Assembly (NCBI GenBank): GCA_030264375.1
Contig: JASCQW010000081.1
Coordinates: forward strand, 92,119,768 to 92,183,767
Direction of reading: 5' to 3'
DNA length: 64,000 bases
Source: Carcharhinus longimanus
Taxonomy: Eukaryota
How positions within the stretch are numbered: position 1 is the stretch's first letter; each line of letters begins with the position of its first letter. Under the pieces are notes generated by a model that was not told where the DNA came from, did no database searches, and saw only the letters and a program-made list of their open reading frames with translations. Both the position numbers and the translations under genes were made by a program. Shown here piece after piece: positions 30,101 through 45,100 of the stretch.

Positions 30101-33100
30101 TGGCGTTGGAAGTGCTCGTCAAACTTCTTCTTAAAAGTTGTGGGGTTCCAAATTTCATTGTCTTTTCTTCTAGGGCTTTTCAGATTCTCAACCAGCTCTA
30201 AATGAAAAATACTTTCCTCAAATTCCCTCTAAAGCTCCAGATCATTACTTTAAATAAATGCTCTTTGTTATTAACCCCTCTATTAAGAGGAAAATTTCCT
30301 TCCTATCTTCCCTACCGATATCCCTCATAATCTTGTACACCTCGAACATCTCCCTTTTAGTCTTCATTGCTCTCAAGAAAACAACTACAGCCTAGCCAGC
30401 CCACTTCTTTATAGCTCAAACGCTCCAGCTCAGGATTTCCTCTGCGTCCTCTTTAGTGAAATCGGATCTTTCCTATGATATGGCGACCAGAACCACAGAT
30501 AATAATCTAGCTGTGGCCTCAGGAACGTTTTCTACAATTCCATCATAATTTCCCCGCTCTTATAGTATATTATTCGATTAATAAGGGCACATATCCCGCA
30601 ATCTCGTCCGTTGTCTCATACAACAGTATAGGATATAACTTACCAGGGCCTGGGGATTTATCGACTTTTAAGTAAACAATGATACGAGATTCAACTCAGA
30701 TTGCTTCGGGGAAATAACGTGCTGTTTAATTCTAAGTCAAACGAGAAGGTATTCTAAATTAATTGCCTCACCAGCATGATGTAGTTGTTCGAGCAGCTTT
30801 TCTATTTCTAGCAACAGAGAATGACAAGAAGTCAGTTTGTTTTAGTCACGAACTGAGCACATTGTGGCATCGCAATTGAAAGTTATCGATAAAATGAAAC
30901 ACACTGGTTATTGATTGATTGTCGGCAAATGTGTAAAGTGAGGGCTGTCAATTTTTTGCAACCGCGAAAGAAATCCGGCGGACGGGAACGTTGTGGTCAA
31001 CTTGCTCTTGACGGTTTGTGTGTCCACTGACGCGAAATTGATACTCAATCATGTTGACTGTTTGGAGTATCGATATACTGCGGGGTCATTCAAGATTAAA
31101 ACATGTTGCCGAGGCACCGCCTTCATGGATACCGATTGATATTCATCCCACAGATTTCATAGAAGTCAAACGTTTCATTTAAATTAAAATTTAATTGTAT
31201 GGTCACTGCAACTGGACTGAAGATAATCCCGAATGTGGTAACATTAGATAAACAGTGGGGGTTCTGATGAAAACATATAATACGTGGGCAGCCCGTTGGT
31301 CATGATCGATTTTGCGTCCAATTGATGTCAGTAATGGAAAGGTCNNNNNNNNNNTGGCATTCAGCGGCCAACTCCATCACAAACATTAAACTTAGTTCTA
31401 CAGGTACTTTGTTTGATTGGCCAGCTTAACGTCTTGACTTTCACTTAGCCACTTATTTCAATTCAAAGTTGCGGGGAGTCGGAGCCGACCCCGACGGGAA
31501 TTAGGCAACAGGAAGGGTAAACCCAGGACAGTAGGCCAGTCAATCACGGGGCGCGCACACACACACACACACACGCTGTATCTCTCTCTCTGTATCTCTC
31601 TCTCTTTCTCACACACAAACATCTATGGACGCAAAGGGACAATATAGCGTGGTCAATCCACCTAACGTTTATATCTTGAGCTGTAGGAAGAAACCAAAGG
31701 ACCCAGCGAAAATCATATATGGGAAGAGCGTCCAAACTCCACACGAACAAGATTAACATGTGACTCATATTTCATCTGTCAAATCCGCCACGTTTCAACA
31801 TGCAGAAAAACTGGCAATAAATTATCAAACACAAAGTACCCGAAATTCCCAAGGATCAGATGGAATTTGAAAAAAAAAACAAGCTAACGAAGGTCTCGAT
31901 CTTTCTGACGCCGAACTGTTCGTAAACATTGCTCGCAATACTGAGCAGCGCTCCAAAAGCTCATGATACCAAATAAGGTTGTTGGACTTTAATCTGGTGC
32001 TGTGAGACTTCTTAGTGTGCCCACTCTAGTCCAACGCCGGCATCTCCACATCATCGCAGTATTGATCACAGGAACGGCAAATTGCCGGCCAATTTTATTG
32101 GCGCAACCAGAAATTAGACGTTACCGGAATTTTCATGTTGAGACGTGCTGACGTGGCAGGCACCCAACACGTTTACTAGAAAAAGTGAAGACAGATCCAG
32201 TTCAGTAAAAGTAAATTTAGAATGCTAAGGCAGAATTGCTGTCAAGGCCCCTTTCCGGCATTGAAAGCTAACATTATTATCAGAGTTGAATTTCCTTCCT
32301 TCAGATTTTAATAGTTGTAGAAAATGAAAAAAATGTGCAAAGTATTTCATGTTTTTGACCTTTACTTTCTTCTTTGGTCATGTCTCTTCCTTGTTTCCTC
32401 CTCGATATTATTCATACTGTACATAACTTGCTATTGATTTGAACATTTTAAATTAGTTAACTCAATAACAATTTTTCAATCTGGTTAATTCAGGAGATTT
32501 AGGCCAGGATATTTCTAATGGTGTGTTTCACTTCCCGCCTTTCGAACAGACAGCGGGGAACACATCTCACCCATTCTGCCTGCCTGCCTGCAAGTCATTT
32601 TAGTCTCGAATGGGCGTCGTCAAGCTGCAGAAGGTACTTCCGCCCTTCGCTCGGGGACTAGTCGCCGTCTTGGCCAACAGCTCTCCAATCCGAGTGCAGT
32701 CCTGGAACTGAACAGAAAGGTGAAGAATGGTGGAGGTGGATATGGGCGATTGGAGGAGAGGATTGGGGTGGATAGAGGGAGGCTGAGCTGACACGGGACC
32801 TCAAGGGAGATGGGGGTGGAAGAGAAAGGGTGCCCGAAATTATAGGGCGTCTTATCACGGAGGCACCGACCTCACCCCCTTCACGCTAGAGGCCAAGGCC
32901 TGATCATTTTCCGTGCCGACACTTGAGCAACCCTCCCGCTAGCCGCGAAACTGTCATAGGACGGGAAAGGGCCTTCAAGTGGCCAATAATTAACTGCATA
33001 AGGCCTGCAATTTGGCAAAGGCAAAGGTGTGCCTGTGCAACCGCATAATCATTGCCGGATGTGCGTGACCTGGAACTCGTTTCTCAAGGGAAGTCCGTTT

Positions 33101-36100
33101 ATTCTACTTCATACTCCTTTCCTCTCTGTTCGCCTAAAAACGCACCAGCGGGCGAGAGTGAGCTCCTTGCACATTTTACACGGGCTCACCTACTTGCAAA
33201 TGGCGCTGTACTGAATCTAGTACTTAGTCAATGGAAATCCCACTGCAAATGCAGTGATTAAATTTGCGGGATAGTGTTAGTTTATTCGCTGACCTGTTTT
33301 GATCATTCACCATTGATGAAGATGCTAGTCCTAACAAGTAAATAAAGCCTTGCTTCCATATAATATGATGTCTAATTTAAGTCGTGCAACAGCAGAAACC
33401 TGCAATTGCCCAATTATCGCATAATATAATTTATTAGATACACGGAAGGACAGAAAGTTAGATTGCTACAAAAGTTAAAATTACGCTGAAAAGATATTGG
33501 TTATAATACTCATTTTTTTATTTGGACTTACCATGCTACAACTTGTAGCATGATTCCGTATCCCAGTTACAAGTTAACCTGACTCAAACTCAAGTATGCC
33601 ATCTGAACAATGAACGGTTGAGTTACCTGTATGTCAACATTTGCAAGAAATGGCCAAGTTCAACGCATGTGACGAGTAAAGGATGCGTTGATGTTTGACA
33701 AATAAGTCAAAAAGAAATTGATATGCAAAATATAAGGGATTACAATGTAATACTCACTTGTATCTCTCTCACTTACCGATATCTTTTAAAAGCAGTTGTC
33801 TCACTGAAATACAAGTCGTCAAATCAATTTTAGAATTCGACAAATAAAGCAGAATATAAATATACAATCGAATATTTATAGAATGAGCATCCAGGTTGCA
33901 ATTACAATTACAAAACACGTTATATCCTTAATTCTGATTGATTAGTTTGGAAAATAGTTTTCAATTAAATTGACGCCCGTTAATTGCCCAGTTGTGTACT
34001 AGTTACAAGAACATCTTGTCATGATATCACCAAGGAATGCTTTATTACAATTCATTAAATGTCAACATGTAACCTTTCATTCCCATGGAGCATATTTTCC
34101 TCTTTAGTGATCTAGTGTAAAACAGGCGGAGAGTGGGGAGGTGGTGGTGTGGGCATGGAGGGTGAAATAGTTGAGGGAGGAGGTATAATTTCAATTTGAC
34201 AGTGTAAATGTTCAGAATTTTTTGCCCCGCAGTTATAATAAAGGAAGAAAATGATTCCCAAGCAAGGATGGGAGGAAACTTCCCTTAGATTTGGTGGAGG
34301 GACGAAGGATGTGGGAAGAGCATTTCATTTGATGCGTTACTTTTGACCTGAGTTGTGCAGTGTTATCACGTTCTAATAACTCTGAAGTTTGAACTGTGTC
34401 CCGAATCGAGTCATGTGTCACAGAAAAGGAATGATCTGTCTATCGAAGTTCAAATGTCTGCATCTGAATGCTATCGGATTTATAACTGTAATTAGCAAAA
34501 TAAACTTGCAACCATGTGGACACTATTGATCTGCATAGAGCAGGCGGCCAGGGAATGAATCTCTCTATATTCCTATCTTTAAATATGTGGAGAAGCACTG
34601 CTCAAGCTTTTCACCTCCAGTGTGTCTGCAGTCGCACAGAAAGGTTTCTCGTAACTCTGAGGACGCCAGACTTCTAATCCTGACGATTAATACTTGCAGT
34701 CCAACTACTTTAAGATGAGTAAGCGATTGAGTATATTAGTCCTTAAATGAATTAAAATGCTGTCGGCCGAACGGTCATCCATGTCATTGCATAGTCTCCT
34801 CTGTGGCCAAAGTATTTCAACTCTACCCAGCCTCATCCAAAAAGCAGAAGCGGATGTTATGGATGATCGGTAAAATTTGACACTGCATGTCATTACGTAC
34901 TGCAGGCTTGAAGAAGTTTCTTGCATTCTGGGATTTGAACAAACAGGACAGTAAATATTTACTAATAGACACTTCAATAGCGGTGGGCGAAACAGATGAC
35001 AGTACAAAATGTGCAACATTTGTGATTGGCTAGAATACTTAACAATTCTGAAAAACATAAAATAAAAATTAAACATGCTGAACATGCTCAACTGACCAGG
35101 AAGTACCTGTGGAGAGAAAAACAGAGTTGAAGTTTCAGATCCGTAGTCTGACCTGAAACTTTGCATATAATTTGATGCTGGCTGTGGAGCCAGGAAGAAA
35201 GGCTGGGTGGGGCATATACTGGATCAGGAAATTGTGGCATGGCCACTCCCGTTGCGGTGTCGATTCCTACCAGTGAATTTGAGGCAGGAAGCGAACGGTT
35301 TTCTTGCCGGGATGTCAATGCAAACCCTTAGTTAGATACTTGAGAGCCTCTTGAGTCATCACCGATATTCAACCAGGAGAGAGTAAGATTCATTGTCAGG
35401 TGAGGTAACTTGCGACCTTCTGATCCTAGGGGTATTCCATTGTTTTCCTGCAGAATAGAACTAAGTACGTCTCCGGCTGGGTTAGCGTGTTATTATGTGC
35501 ACAGAATTAACTAAGCTGCCTTCAGATGGGGAGCAAAAGATCTTACATTTGTTGTTAGCTTAAATCTTTCCTTATATATTTGATGGTTACATGCATGTGC
35601 CAGTAAACACTCATGTTTTTACCAATTACATCTACCCATTTCGGGATGTTTACTGAAATGCTCTATCGAAGTTACTCAAAAACAACGTGTTGTGCATGCA
35701 GAAGGTTAAATGGGTAACTTTAAGAGTCGTCGTTTGACATTCAATTCTGAATGTTACATACGAACTAGAAGCAAAATTAGGAAATTCAGCCCCTCGAAAC
35801 TGATGAATAAAAAAGTAAAGGTTCTGTTAAACCAGGTTTTACTTCAAAAACGTAAAATGACTGTTTTGTTCTAAAAAAAGCTTCACTTAAATTTTCATGA
35901 AAATAATGTAAAACATTTCCTGTAGCATCATTAAATTATATGCGTGTTAACGATACAGAGAAAATTTTCTCCGTAAAAATCCACAATAACATGGAATCTG
36001 CTGTCGCCATAACACCACCTGACGTCACCCCGAGAAGACCATCATACCTCTTAACAACAGTAGCAAAATATAGAAGTTTCCGATGAATAGTGGCAGAAAG

Positions 36101-39100
36101 TGTGGCAGCAGATTCGAAATAAGTTTTCATTTTCATACATCCAGTTAGCTTTTCCCCTCAAGGCTTGCATACGGCGAAGGCAAGTATGCCAATATGATGA
36201 GCAATTCGACAAATCCTTTCCCTTAAACTGTACTCCCAGTCCACTTTCGCCATAGATCGCATTTTCTTATTTACACCTTTCTATTGGCTCCCTCTGTCAC
36301 TCAATATCAACAGAGTCTTTCCAATAGTTGCAAGGATAGACAGTAGGCCACGATAGATTTTATTTTACCTGAGTATAATTCCTCTGTGGTGGCTGTGAAA
36401 AGATAGAGAACACAAAATGAAGCGAATTTCACGAATTTTCACTATTTTCACGAATATAGAAATATCTCCGTGAATTCCTCGCAAACTGATGTAAGATCCT
36501 ATTATGTTAATCACACATGAGACAGTACAACCCGGTCAATGAAGAAAAATTTGATTTTCTTGTAGGGTTAAGTAACAAGCTATTGATGCAAATTGAACAT
36601 GCATACTGATAGCGAGAATGTGTAACAATGGCCATGTTGCATTTAAAAAAAAACTTATGTTCATCAGAGCAGTGTAACGTATGCGCCAGACGATATACGA
36701 ACTGCTCAAGTGTCTTGTTCTTGTTTAAATCGGAGGAATCGTCTGTGTAAGCAAGACATTATTCCAACCAATACAAATTGCAAGGCGAAGTTACTAACGA
36801 TACACCAAATGAAAAGTTGAGTTGATAAATTAGAAAAATTGGATTGTCATTCGAATTAATAGACACAGTCTCATAAGTCCCAGGTAAGTAAGATATCATT
36901 GTGGTGACAGTAAGTCATCAGATTGGCTGCTTATTATATCGACCTACTGAGCAATAGGATCAAAATAATGTTTGAGGTTTTTTTTTCTGTCACGCTTGAA
37001 CAGGGGGTCCACGTGACAATCAATGCTGAAAACTGGGTTGGTGAAATAAACACTAGGGCTAGAGAATTCCAGAGATTTCAGTGTACCTATGGCCTTGGAG
37101 ACGGTGTGAAAATTTGGAACGAATTAATTCGTGCCCACGAATCAGCATACCTGGTCGAACACCAACATGCCAGTGTAACCTTTTCATCGAACCTCTCAAA
37201 TTATCTGGTTTAACACTCATTCTAAATGAATTCTGGAATTTTAGTGCGTGGATCGAATACGATTCAGACATACAGTAGTTTGCCAAAGAGTCTTTCTGTT
37301 AAATATAGAACAGTGCAATCTCTGCATTACCTAGGAATTTCCCTTTTGGTCCTGGAATATAGAATAAATGTAAAAATGTAAAATGTAAAAATGAGAACGT
37401 TACCTGCAGCATCTGGACACACATTATCGTCATGTTCCTTGAACGAAAGGANNNNNNNNNNNNNNNNNNNNNNNNNNNNNNNNNNNNNNNNNNNNNNNNN
37501 NNNNNNNNNNNNNNNNNNNNNNNNNNNNNNNNNNNNNNNNNNNNNNNNNNNNNNNNNNNNNNNNNNNNNNNNNNNNNNNNNNNNNNNNNNNNNNNNNNNN
37601 NNCCAAATAATATAGTTATTTTCAAGATAACGTATCAAAAACAATTTTTTCTCACGCAATTCATTCAAAGCATCGTTGAATTTATCTCGGTCTGATTCGG
37701 CAAATTGAAACTGGTTTAGGTTGCATCGTGACTGTGTATTGCCGAACTGCATCAGGAACACGAATATTTTGATTTAAAAAAATACTAACATGCAAATTGC
37801 CTGCCCACTGACAAGGAGAATTCTGGTTATCGGCAACAATAACCAGCATTCGACAGGCAAGATGTGATGCAACAATCACAACTACAATATGAACCGATGT
37901 CTAGACAAAAGGTCGTATAATTTGCCATATGCATTAAAATAATTTAAACAGAAAAAAAGGAGTTCAATTGATTCTTGCATTTCTTAAATTCTATTTGAGA
38001 GGCAAATGGCAGCGCAATTCTCAGTATGACATATCAATGATACTGCTTTGTGCTATTGTCTGTATAGTCAGAGGCCGCACTGCCAGTAAATCGAAGGATC
38101 CCAGAGGCGAGGTTCCATCTAACAGCTAAATATCATACATCTTTAGAGAGTCCTCGAACGTGAAGAGCCAGCAAATACTGCAAGAATTCTCCTCTACATG
38201 TCACCGTTTCATACCTTCGCACAATCACTAAATACACCAGATCAGGCTTTCGAAAAAAATCAACAAACTGAATTTGCTTTTGGAGATACTGGTTTGCCAA
38301 TGGGATCATCTAACTGACTTCCAAGTGGTTGGGTATAATTTTGGACGGAAGTAGATTTAGCAGATTGGTTACTGTTACCAATTCATATTCTTAGTCATCA
38401 TCGTATTTTATAGTATTTCGTGTTGCTTTCCTAACCAGTGGCTCAAGGAGTTTCTTTGCTCCATAGTCTTTTGCTATGTTGTATCTTAGTGCGACGTCGA
38501 GAAATTGAATGGGTCCATATCGTTAGTCAACACGGAGTATGTTCAAATATTTTGCATGCAAATCAAGACGTGTGAAGACTAAGAAATCAAAAAGGTGCAT
38601 TCAAAACTTACCCGTGGAAAGGGACATTTGATTATTACTTTGTTTTGTTTGCTGAATCAACAATCCAAATCCCCATGAATCAATAGAATCAACCGACCAA
38701 CAGGGACATTGCATGCTACTTTAAAAATAGATTTGTCAATAGGTTCCTGAACAAGTAGCGATAGATCTCACGAAATAATGTTCAGAATAAATCTCACCTA
38801 GCCCAGCTATGACTTATATCCGAAATCAAAAAATTCTGGGAACTAGCCCAACAAATTACCTTCGATGATTTCAACGTCAATTTGGAGCTCAAACTTGCTT
38901 TGCATTATTGGAGATCCATAGGCGTCATTTGATCCAGCGGGCAGATATTTCCAGATCCGAACCTGGGCTGCACATTTCAGACATGTTTTTTTTTCCTAAC
39001 TGCACGTTGTTCACTACATGTAATTACAAACGACGCCTGCGTTGCAGTGGCCCTTCTTAACACCTCATCAATTAGCTCGATGTTATGTATTTTTAAAGCT

Positions 39101-42100
39101 GTCTGCTCTGCATCTTCGAACTTACTTCTGCTATAAAGCATTTCCAATGACGTTTTTCCCCGCGGTCCGGTTAATGGTGCACTTTTCCATCGTCCATAGC
39201 CAAGCACCATTCGAATATATCGACTACGGGGAATCTTGCTCTACTTGACTATATTATGCAGACAGCCCCTTTCCCCGAGGCATCACTAAGATCTGACGGT
39301 TAAACTACCCATCAGGCCAGTTTCATGTGTTTGATTAATTTCAATGGAGTGCAAATTCCGAATGTTTTCTTTCTATAGCCCCAAAATTACGGTGAAGCTT
39401 TGTGTGGTTCAATAGTGCATGACTTATGACGTTATCGGCAAAATTCTGGAGTGGTAGAATAATGTATAAGTTGCTAAATGTGCAGCAAATATGCCATGAC
39501 TTTAGGCAAGTGTAACACATCCTTTGAAATGCGGCCATCGTTCTTCTCTCGCTCATCTGTTCTTCCTGCTTCACATTCTGACTATATGCCAATAACTTAC
39601 ACGTCGTCAGTTCCTCAACAATGACAACTTTTTTTTTACTGCTAAGGGTCGTCAAGCCAAATGGGTTAGCAATCCCTATAATTAAAAATTACGACTGATT
39701 AATTTCAAAGATATACGGGCTATTGCATGCCACATTCGACAATAGAAACATAGAAAAAAACTACAGCACAATAAAAGCCCTTCAGCCCACAAAGTTGTGT
39801 CGAACATATCCCTACCTTACAGATTACTAGGCTTACCTATAACCTTCTATCTTACTAAGTTCCATGTACTTATCTGAAAGTCTCTTAAAAAAAAACCCTA
39901 TCCAATTTCCCTCCACAACTGTTGCTGGCAGCCCATTCCACACACTCACGACTCTCTGACATCCCATCTATATCTACTCCCCAGCACCTTAAATCTGTTT
40001 CCACTCGTGGCAAACATTTCAGCCCTGGGGGGAAAAAAAAACCTCTGACGATCCACTCCATCAATACCTCTCAACATCTAAAACACCTTTATCAGGTCAG
40101 CCCTCATCCTTTGTCTCTCTAAGGAGAAAAGGCCGAGCTCAGTTAACCTATCCTCATATGGCATGCTTCCCAAACCAGGCAACATCCTTGTAAATCATCT
40201 CTGCACCCTTCATATGACTTCCACATCCTTCCTGTAATGAGGCGACCACAATTGAGCACAATACTCCAAGTCGGGTATTGAGCAGGGTCCTATATAGCTG
40301 CAACATTATCTCTCGACTCCTAAACTCAATTCCTCGATTGATGAAGGCCAGCACACCATATGTCTTCTTAACCACATCTTCAACCTGTGCACCTGCTTTG
40401 AGCGTCCTCTGAACTTAGACCCCAAGTTCCTTCTGATCTTCCACACTGCCAAGAGTTGAACCATTAATATTATATTTTGCCATCCTATTTGACTTGCCAA
40501 AATGAGCCACTTCAGACTTACCTGGTTTGAACTCCATCAGCCACTTCTCCGCCCAGTCTTGCATCCTATCAATGGCTCACTGCAACTTCTGACATCCCTG
40601 CACACTATCCACAACATCTCCAACGTTTATGTCATCAACAAACTTNNNNNNNNNNNNNNNNNNNNNNNNNNNNNNNNNNNNNNNNNNNNNNNNNNNNNNN
40701 NNNNNNNNNNNNNNNNNNNNNNNNNNNNNNNNNNNNNNNNNNNNNNNNNNNNNNNNNNNNNNNNNNNNNNNNNNNNNNNNNNNNNNNNNNNNNNNNNNNN
40801 NNNNNNNNNNNNNNNNNNNNNNNNNNNNNNNNNNNNNNNNNNNNNNNNNNNNNNNNNNNNNNNNNNNNNNNNNNNNNNNNNNNNNNNNNNNNNNNNNNNN
40901 NNNNNNNNNNNNNNNNNNNNNNNNNNNNNNNNNNNNNNNNNNNNNNNNNNNNNNNNNNNNNNNNNNNNNNNNNNNNNNNNNNNNNNNNNNNNNNNNNNNN
41001 NNNNNNNNNNNNNNNNNNNNNNNNNNNNNNNNNNNNNNNNNNNNNNNNNNNNNNNNNNNNNNNNNNNNNNNNNNNNNNNNNNNNNNNNNNNNNNNNNNNN
41101 NNNNNNNNNNNNNNNNNNNNNNNNNNNNNNNNNNNNNNNNNNNNNNNNNNNNNNNNNNNNNNNNNNNNNNNNNNNNNNNNNNNNNNNNNNNNNNNNNNNN
41201 NNNNNNNNNNNNNNNNNNNNNNNNNNNNNNNNNNNNNNNNNNNNNNNNNNNNNNNNNNNNNNNNNNNNNNNNNNNNNNNNNNNNNNNNNNNNNNNNNNNN
41301 NNNNNNNNNNNNNNNNNNNNNNNNNNNNNNNNNNNNNNNNNNNNNNNNNNNNNNNNNNNNNNNNNNNNNNNNNNNNNNNNNNNNNNNNNNNNNNNNNNNN
41401 NNNNNNNNNNNNNNNNNNNNNNNNNNNNNNNNNNNNNNNNNNNNNNNNNNNNNNNNNNNNNNNNNNNNNNNNNNNNNNNNNNNNNNNNNNNNNNNNNNNN
41501 NNNNNNNNNNNNNNNNNNNNNNNNNNNNNNNNNNNNNNNNNNNNNNNNNNNNNNNNNNNNNNNNNNNNNNNNAAAGAAAGAAAGAAACAAACAAAGAAAG
41601 AAAGAAAGAAAAAAAGAAAGGAAGAAAGGAAGGAAGGAAGGAGGGAGGGAGGGATGAAAGGGGAAGGGATGAGTGAGAACGGGAGAAGGAAAGAAAGAAA
41701 GACAGAAAGAATAACAGAAAGGAAGGAAGACNNNNNNNNNNNNNNNNNNNNNNNNNNNNNNNNNNNNNNNNNNNNNNNNNNNNNNNNNNNNNNNNNNNNN
41801 NNNNNNNNNNNNNNNNNNNNNNNNNNNNNNNNNNNNNNNNNNNNNNNNNNNNNNNNNNNNNNNNNNNNNNNNNNNNGACAGAAAGTCAGAAAGGAAGAGA
41901 CACAGAAAAGAAGAAAGAAAGAAAGAAAGAACGAACGAAAGAAAGAAAGACAGTCAGACAGGCAGAAAGAAAGAAAGATAAATAAATAATGAAAGAAAGA
42001 AAGAACGAAAGAAAGAAAAAAGAAAGACAGACAGGCAGAAAGAAAGAAACACAGNNNNNNNNNNNNNNNNNNNNNNNNNNNNNNNNNNNNNNNNNNNNNN

Positions 42101-45100
42101 NNNNNNNNNNNNNNNNNNNNNNNNNNNNNNNNNNNNNNNNNNNNNNNNNNNNNNNNNNNNNNNNNNNNNNNNNNNNNNNNNNNNNNNNNNNNNNNNNNNN
42201 NNNNNNNNNNNNNNNNNNNNNNNNNNNNNNNNNNNNNNNNNNNNNNNNNNNNNNNNNNNNNNNNNNNNNNNNNNNNNNNNNNNNNNNNNNNNNNNNNNNN
42301 NNNNNNNNNNNNNNNNNNNNNNNNNNNNNNNNNNNNNNNNNNNNNNNNNNNNNNNNNNNNNNNNNNNNNNNNNNAGTGACATGTATTCATTTTGCTTTGT
42401 GCATATTTCCATTGACTTCTCATTGGTGGTATATTGATGCACCACTTCGATTGTTCCATATTAACACATACTTCCTGATTTTGGTAGCCATACTTGTGAG
42501 TGGGCAAAGAGAGACCTCAACATGCGATAAGGGAAGATCTTTCGATCTGTAAGTCTAAGAAAGAATGTGCACTCTTGAGAGGTTAAGCATATTTTTGGCA
42601 TCAATGAAGTTTAGCACAGCAGTTACAACACAATTTCCCTGATAAAGATACCAACTACACGAGGAAATATTTTCATCTGGAGTTTGACTCTTGAAATCAT
42701 TACTGCAACCCGGTGTATTATTTTGCAAATAAGTAAAGAAGATCAAAAATATTAACATGATACATGAGCAAAAATGTGAAGAATTGTGCACAAATAAACG
42801 ACCAATGCAAGCAACACGTATCTTGGAATGAAAAGCAAAAGCACAATCTTTTATCAACCTTTGGCAGAACCTTTTCCTCGTAGTGCATGGATTTCTGTAT
42901 ATAAAAAAAAGTATCAGAAAGTCAACACTTCATTTTGAGTTGTTCCTTTTTGAAATTTGTGTCAGTGATTTGTCGTTGCCCAAACTATGTAAATCGCCCC
43001 CTGTGTTTGGGAAATATGCACCAAGATTTGCATTCTAAAGTCTACCTTAATAATTAACAAGCGCTGCAAAACAAAGAGCAGTTGCAGATTGAGCAATTAT
43101 GTTTCAGAACAATTTTAAAGTATTCATTTGTAACGAATTACACAATATAGAGTTAAGCTTATAAAAGGTGAGCAATGCGATGTTACCTCTTTTGCTTGAC
43201 AAATCACCACTTCACTTCCCGCCATTCCATTCACCAACACTCCTCATTCCCTCACGCGGTTTCTAATATGCATTAGTCATTTGTATATGGAACATGAATT
43301 AAATTTGTCATTTTCTGAAGATATAAATCAGGAAGAATCACAAAATCGAACTGTGCAGTGCACGATTTTCATATGGATGGCCGTTAACAGGGTCAGAAAA
43401 TGTTGAATAAAGTGCAGTATATAAAAGTAATTTGCGAGAGCAAGCATTTTACATTCATTTAACTATGACACTTTTATCAAAACATAAGGCCACAGAACAG
43501 CGGTACTGATGATTGCCCTGTATGCTCTACTGTTGACAATTTCTCAGGTACTGAAGCAGCCGGTGTTCACATGTAGCAAGACTTGGGCAATATTCCAGTT
43601 TCGACAAGTGATTGGTTAGTAAATCATACGCCACGAATTTATCTGCATTACGGTAGAAGAACACAGCCCCATTAAATAGCCAACGGCATTACCATTGTTG
43701 GCTGAACTAATGTCAGCGTTTTGAGTGGAACCTAGCTGAACCATTGATATAAATACTGCGTTTATAAAAACATGTTCAGATGTTTGGAATTGTCAGACGA
43801 GTAACTGAATGTTAAATTTCTCCACCCATCTCTAATGCACAAATCAGGATTATAATCGTATACTATGCACCTATTTGAGAGAGTTCCACTTCAACAGCGT
43901 TCAAAATGTCGACCTTAGCAGAAAAAGCAGACCACACGATCAGCTAAACAACCCTCTCTGCCGTCAGCGCATTGATTAACAGTGTGCATAATGTACAAGA
44001 TACGCTGCCCCAGTCTCCCACGGCAGGGCAATGCAATCCTTCCACTTTCTTTGCCTCGGGCACGAGAAGAATGGGAACTCGATTAGTTTCCCTCTAAATC
44101 ACATCTTACCCTGGCTTGGAAATATATCAACTTCTCTTCACCGTTACTGATCAACATACTGGAATTCCTTACCTCACAGCGCTGACCCATCAGTTGCACT
44201 ACATGAACTGCAACTTCTCAGTAAAGAGATCCATTTCACATTCTTAATATCAATGAATGGACGATAAATATTGAGCTTTGAGCGATGCTCACAATCCATG
44301 TCTGAATGAAAAAAATACGTTTATATGGATTCGGTGAGCTTGGGAAGAACTTACAAAGTGGAAAACGTTGATGCAAAATTAATTAGAGGAGAAATATTTG
44401 TCTTAAAAAGTGGCACGAGAGGGGTATGCTGCTTTTACTCAGAAAATTATGATATTGGGCGGTATGGTGGCACAGTGGTTAGCATTGCTGTCCCACAGCT
44501 CCAGAATCGTGAATTCGCTTCAGGTCCCTGGTGACTGTGGAATTTGCATGTTCTCCCCGTTTCTGTATGAATTTTCTCTGGGTGCTCCAGTTTCCTCCTG
44601 CAGTCTAAAGATGCAGGATTAGGTTGATTGGACATCCTAAGTTGCCCCTCAATGTCAGGCGAATTAGCAGGGTAAATCACAAGGGTCGGATTTACGGGGA
44701 TAGGGCCTGAGTGAGATTACTGTTGATGCAGGCTCCATGGGCTGAATGGCCTATTTCTGATCTGTATGGATTCTGTTCTACTGAGGCTAGTATTCGAGGA
44801 AATAGCTGCAATTAGATATTTTCCAACCATCCAATATGTACTCTTTATTTAATGTGGTCGGAAGCAAACATCATTTACCTGCTGTTTTTTCCAAGAGTTG
44901 TCGCACTGCAAGGTAAATGGCATTTGTAAGATTTAAATTCTGTTCGGTAAACTGATATATTTGGACGATTTTAAGCAATCTTAATCAGTAAGTGTGATCC
45001 ATAGCTTTAACATCCCCAAAGCAGATTGATAAACTGTGCATTCCTCCTTGCCTCCATATCAATGTCTTATTTGAACACTGGTGACAATCGTTTTAGTCTT

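Noticed and set aside
34705-35166. 153-aa ORF and other 60-135 aa ORFs in unique DNA
   Set aside because: No recognisable domain, partly overlapping repeats, and of sizes expected by chance.
37404-37412. 9-nt candidate micro-exon ATGCTGCAG
   Set aside because: It leaves only a 52-nt intron to exon 37331-37351, below the usual vertebrate minimum, and the acceptor tract is poor.
38612-38651. 40-nt candidate exon with a gtaagt donor
   Set aside because: Not 3n, has a phase-1 stop, and no compensating partner was found (one could lie in the gaps).
40502-42552. Long ORFs of up to 626 aa, and similar ORFs at 10714-11716
   Set aside because: They consist of N gaps and GAAA microsatellite.
856-44550. 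Several octamer motifs ATGCAAAT (e.g. 856, 5656, 7231, 24135) suggesting an immunoglobulin locus
   Set aside because: No V, J or C exons or heptamer-spacer-nonamer signals were seen. Some motifs lie in repeats, and several are expected by chance in AT-rich DNA.
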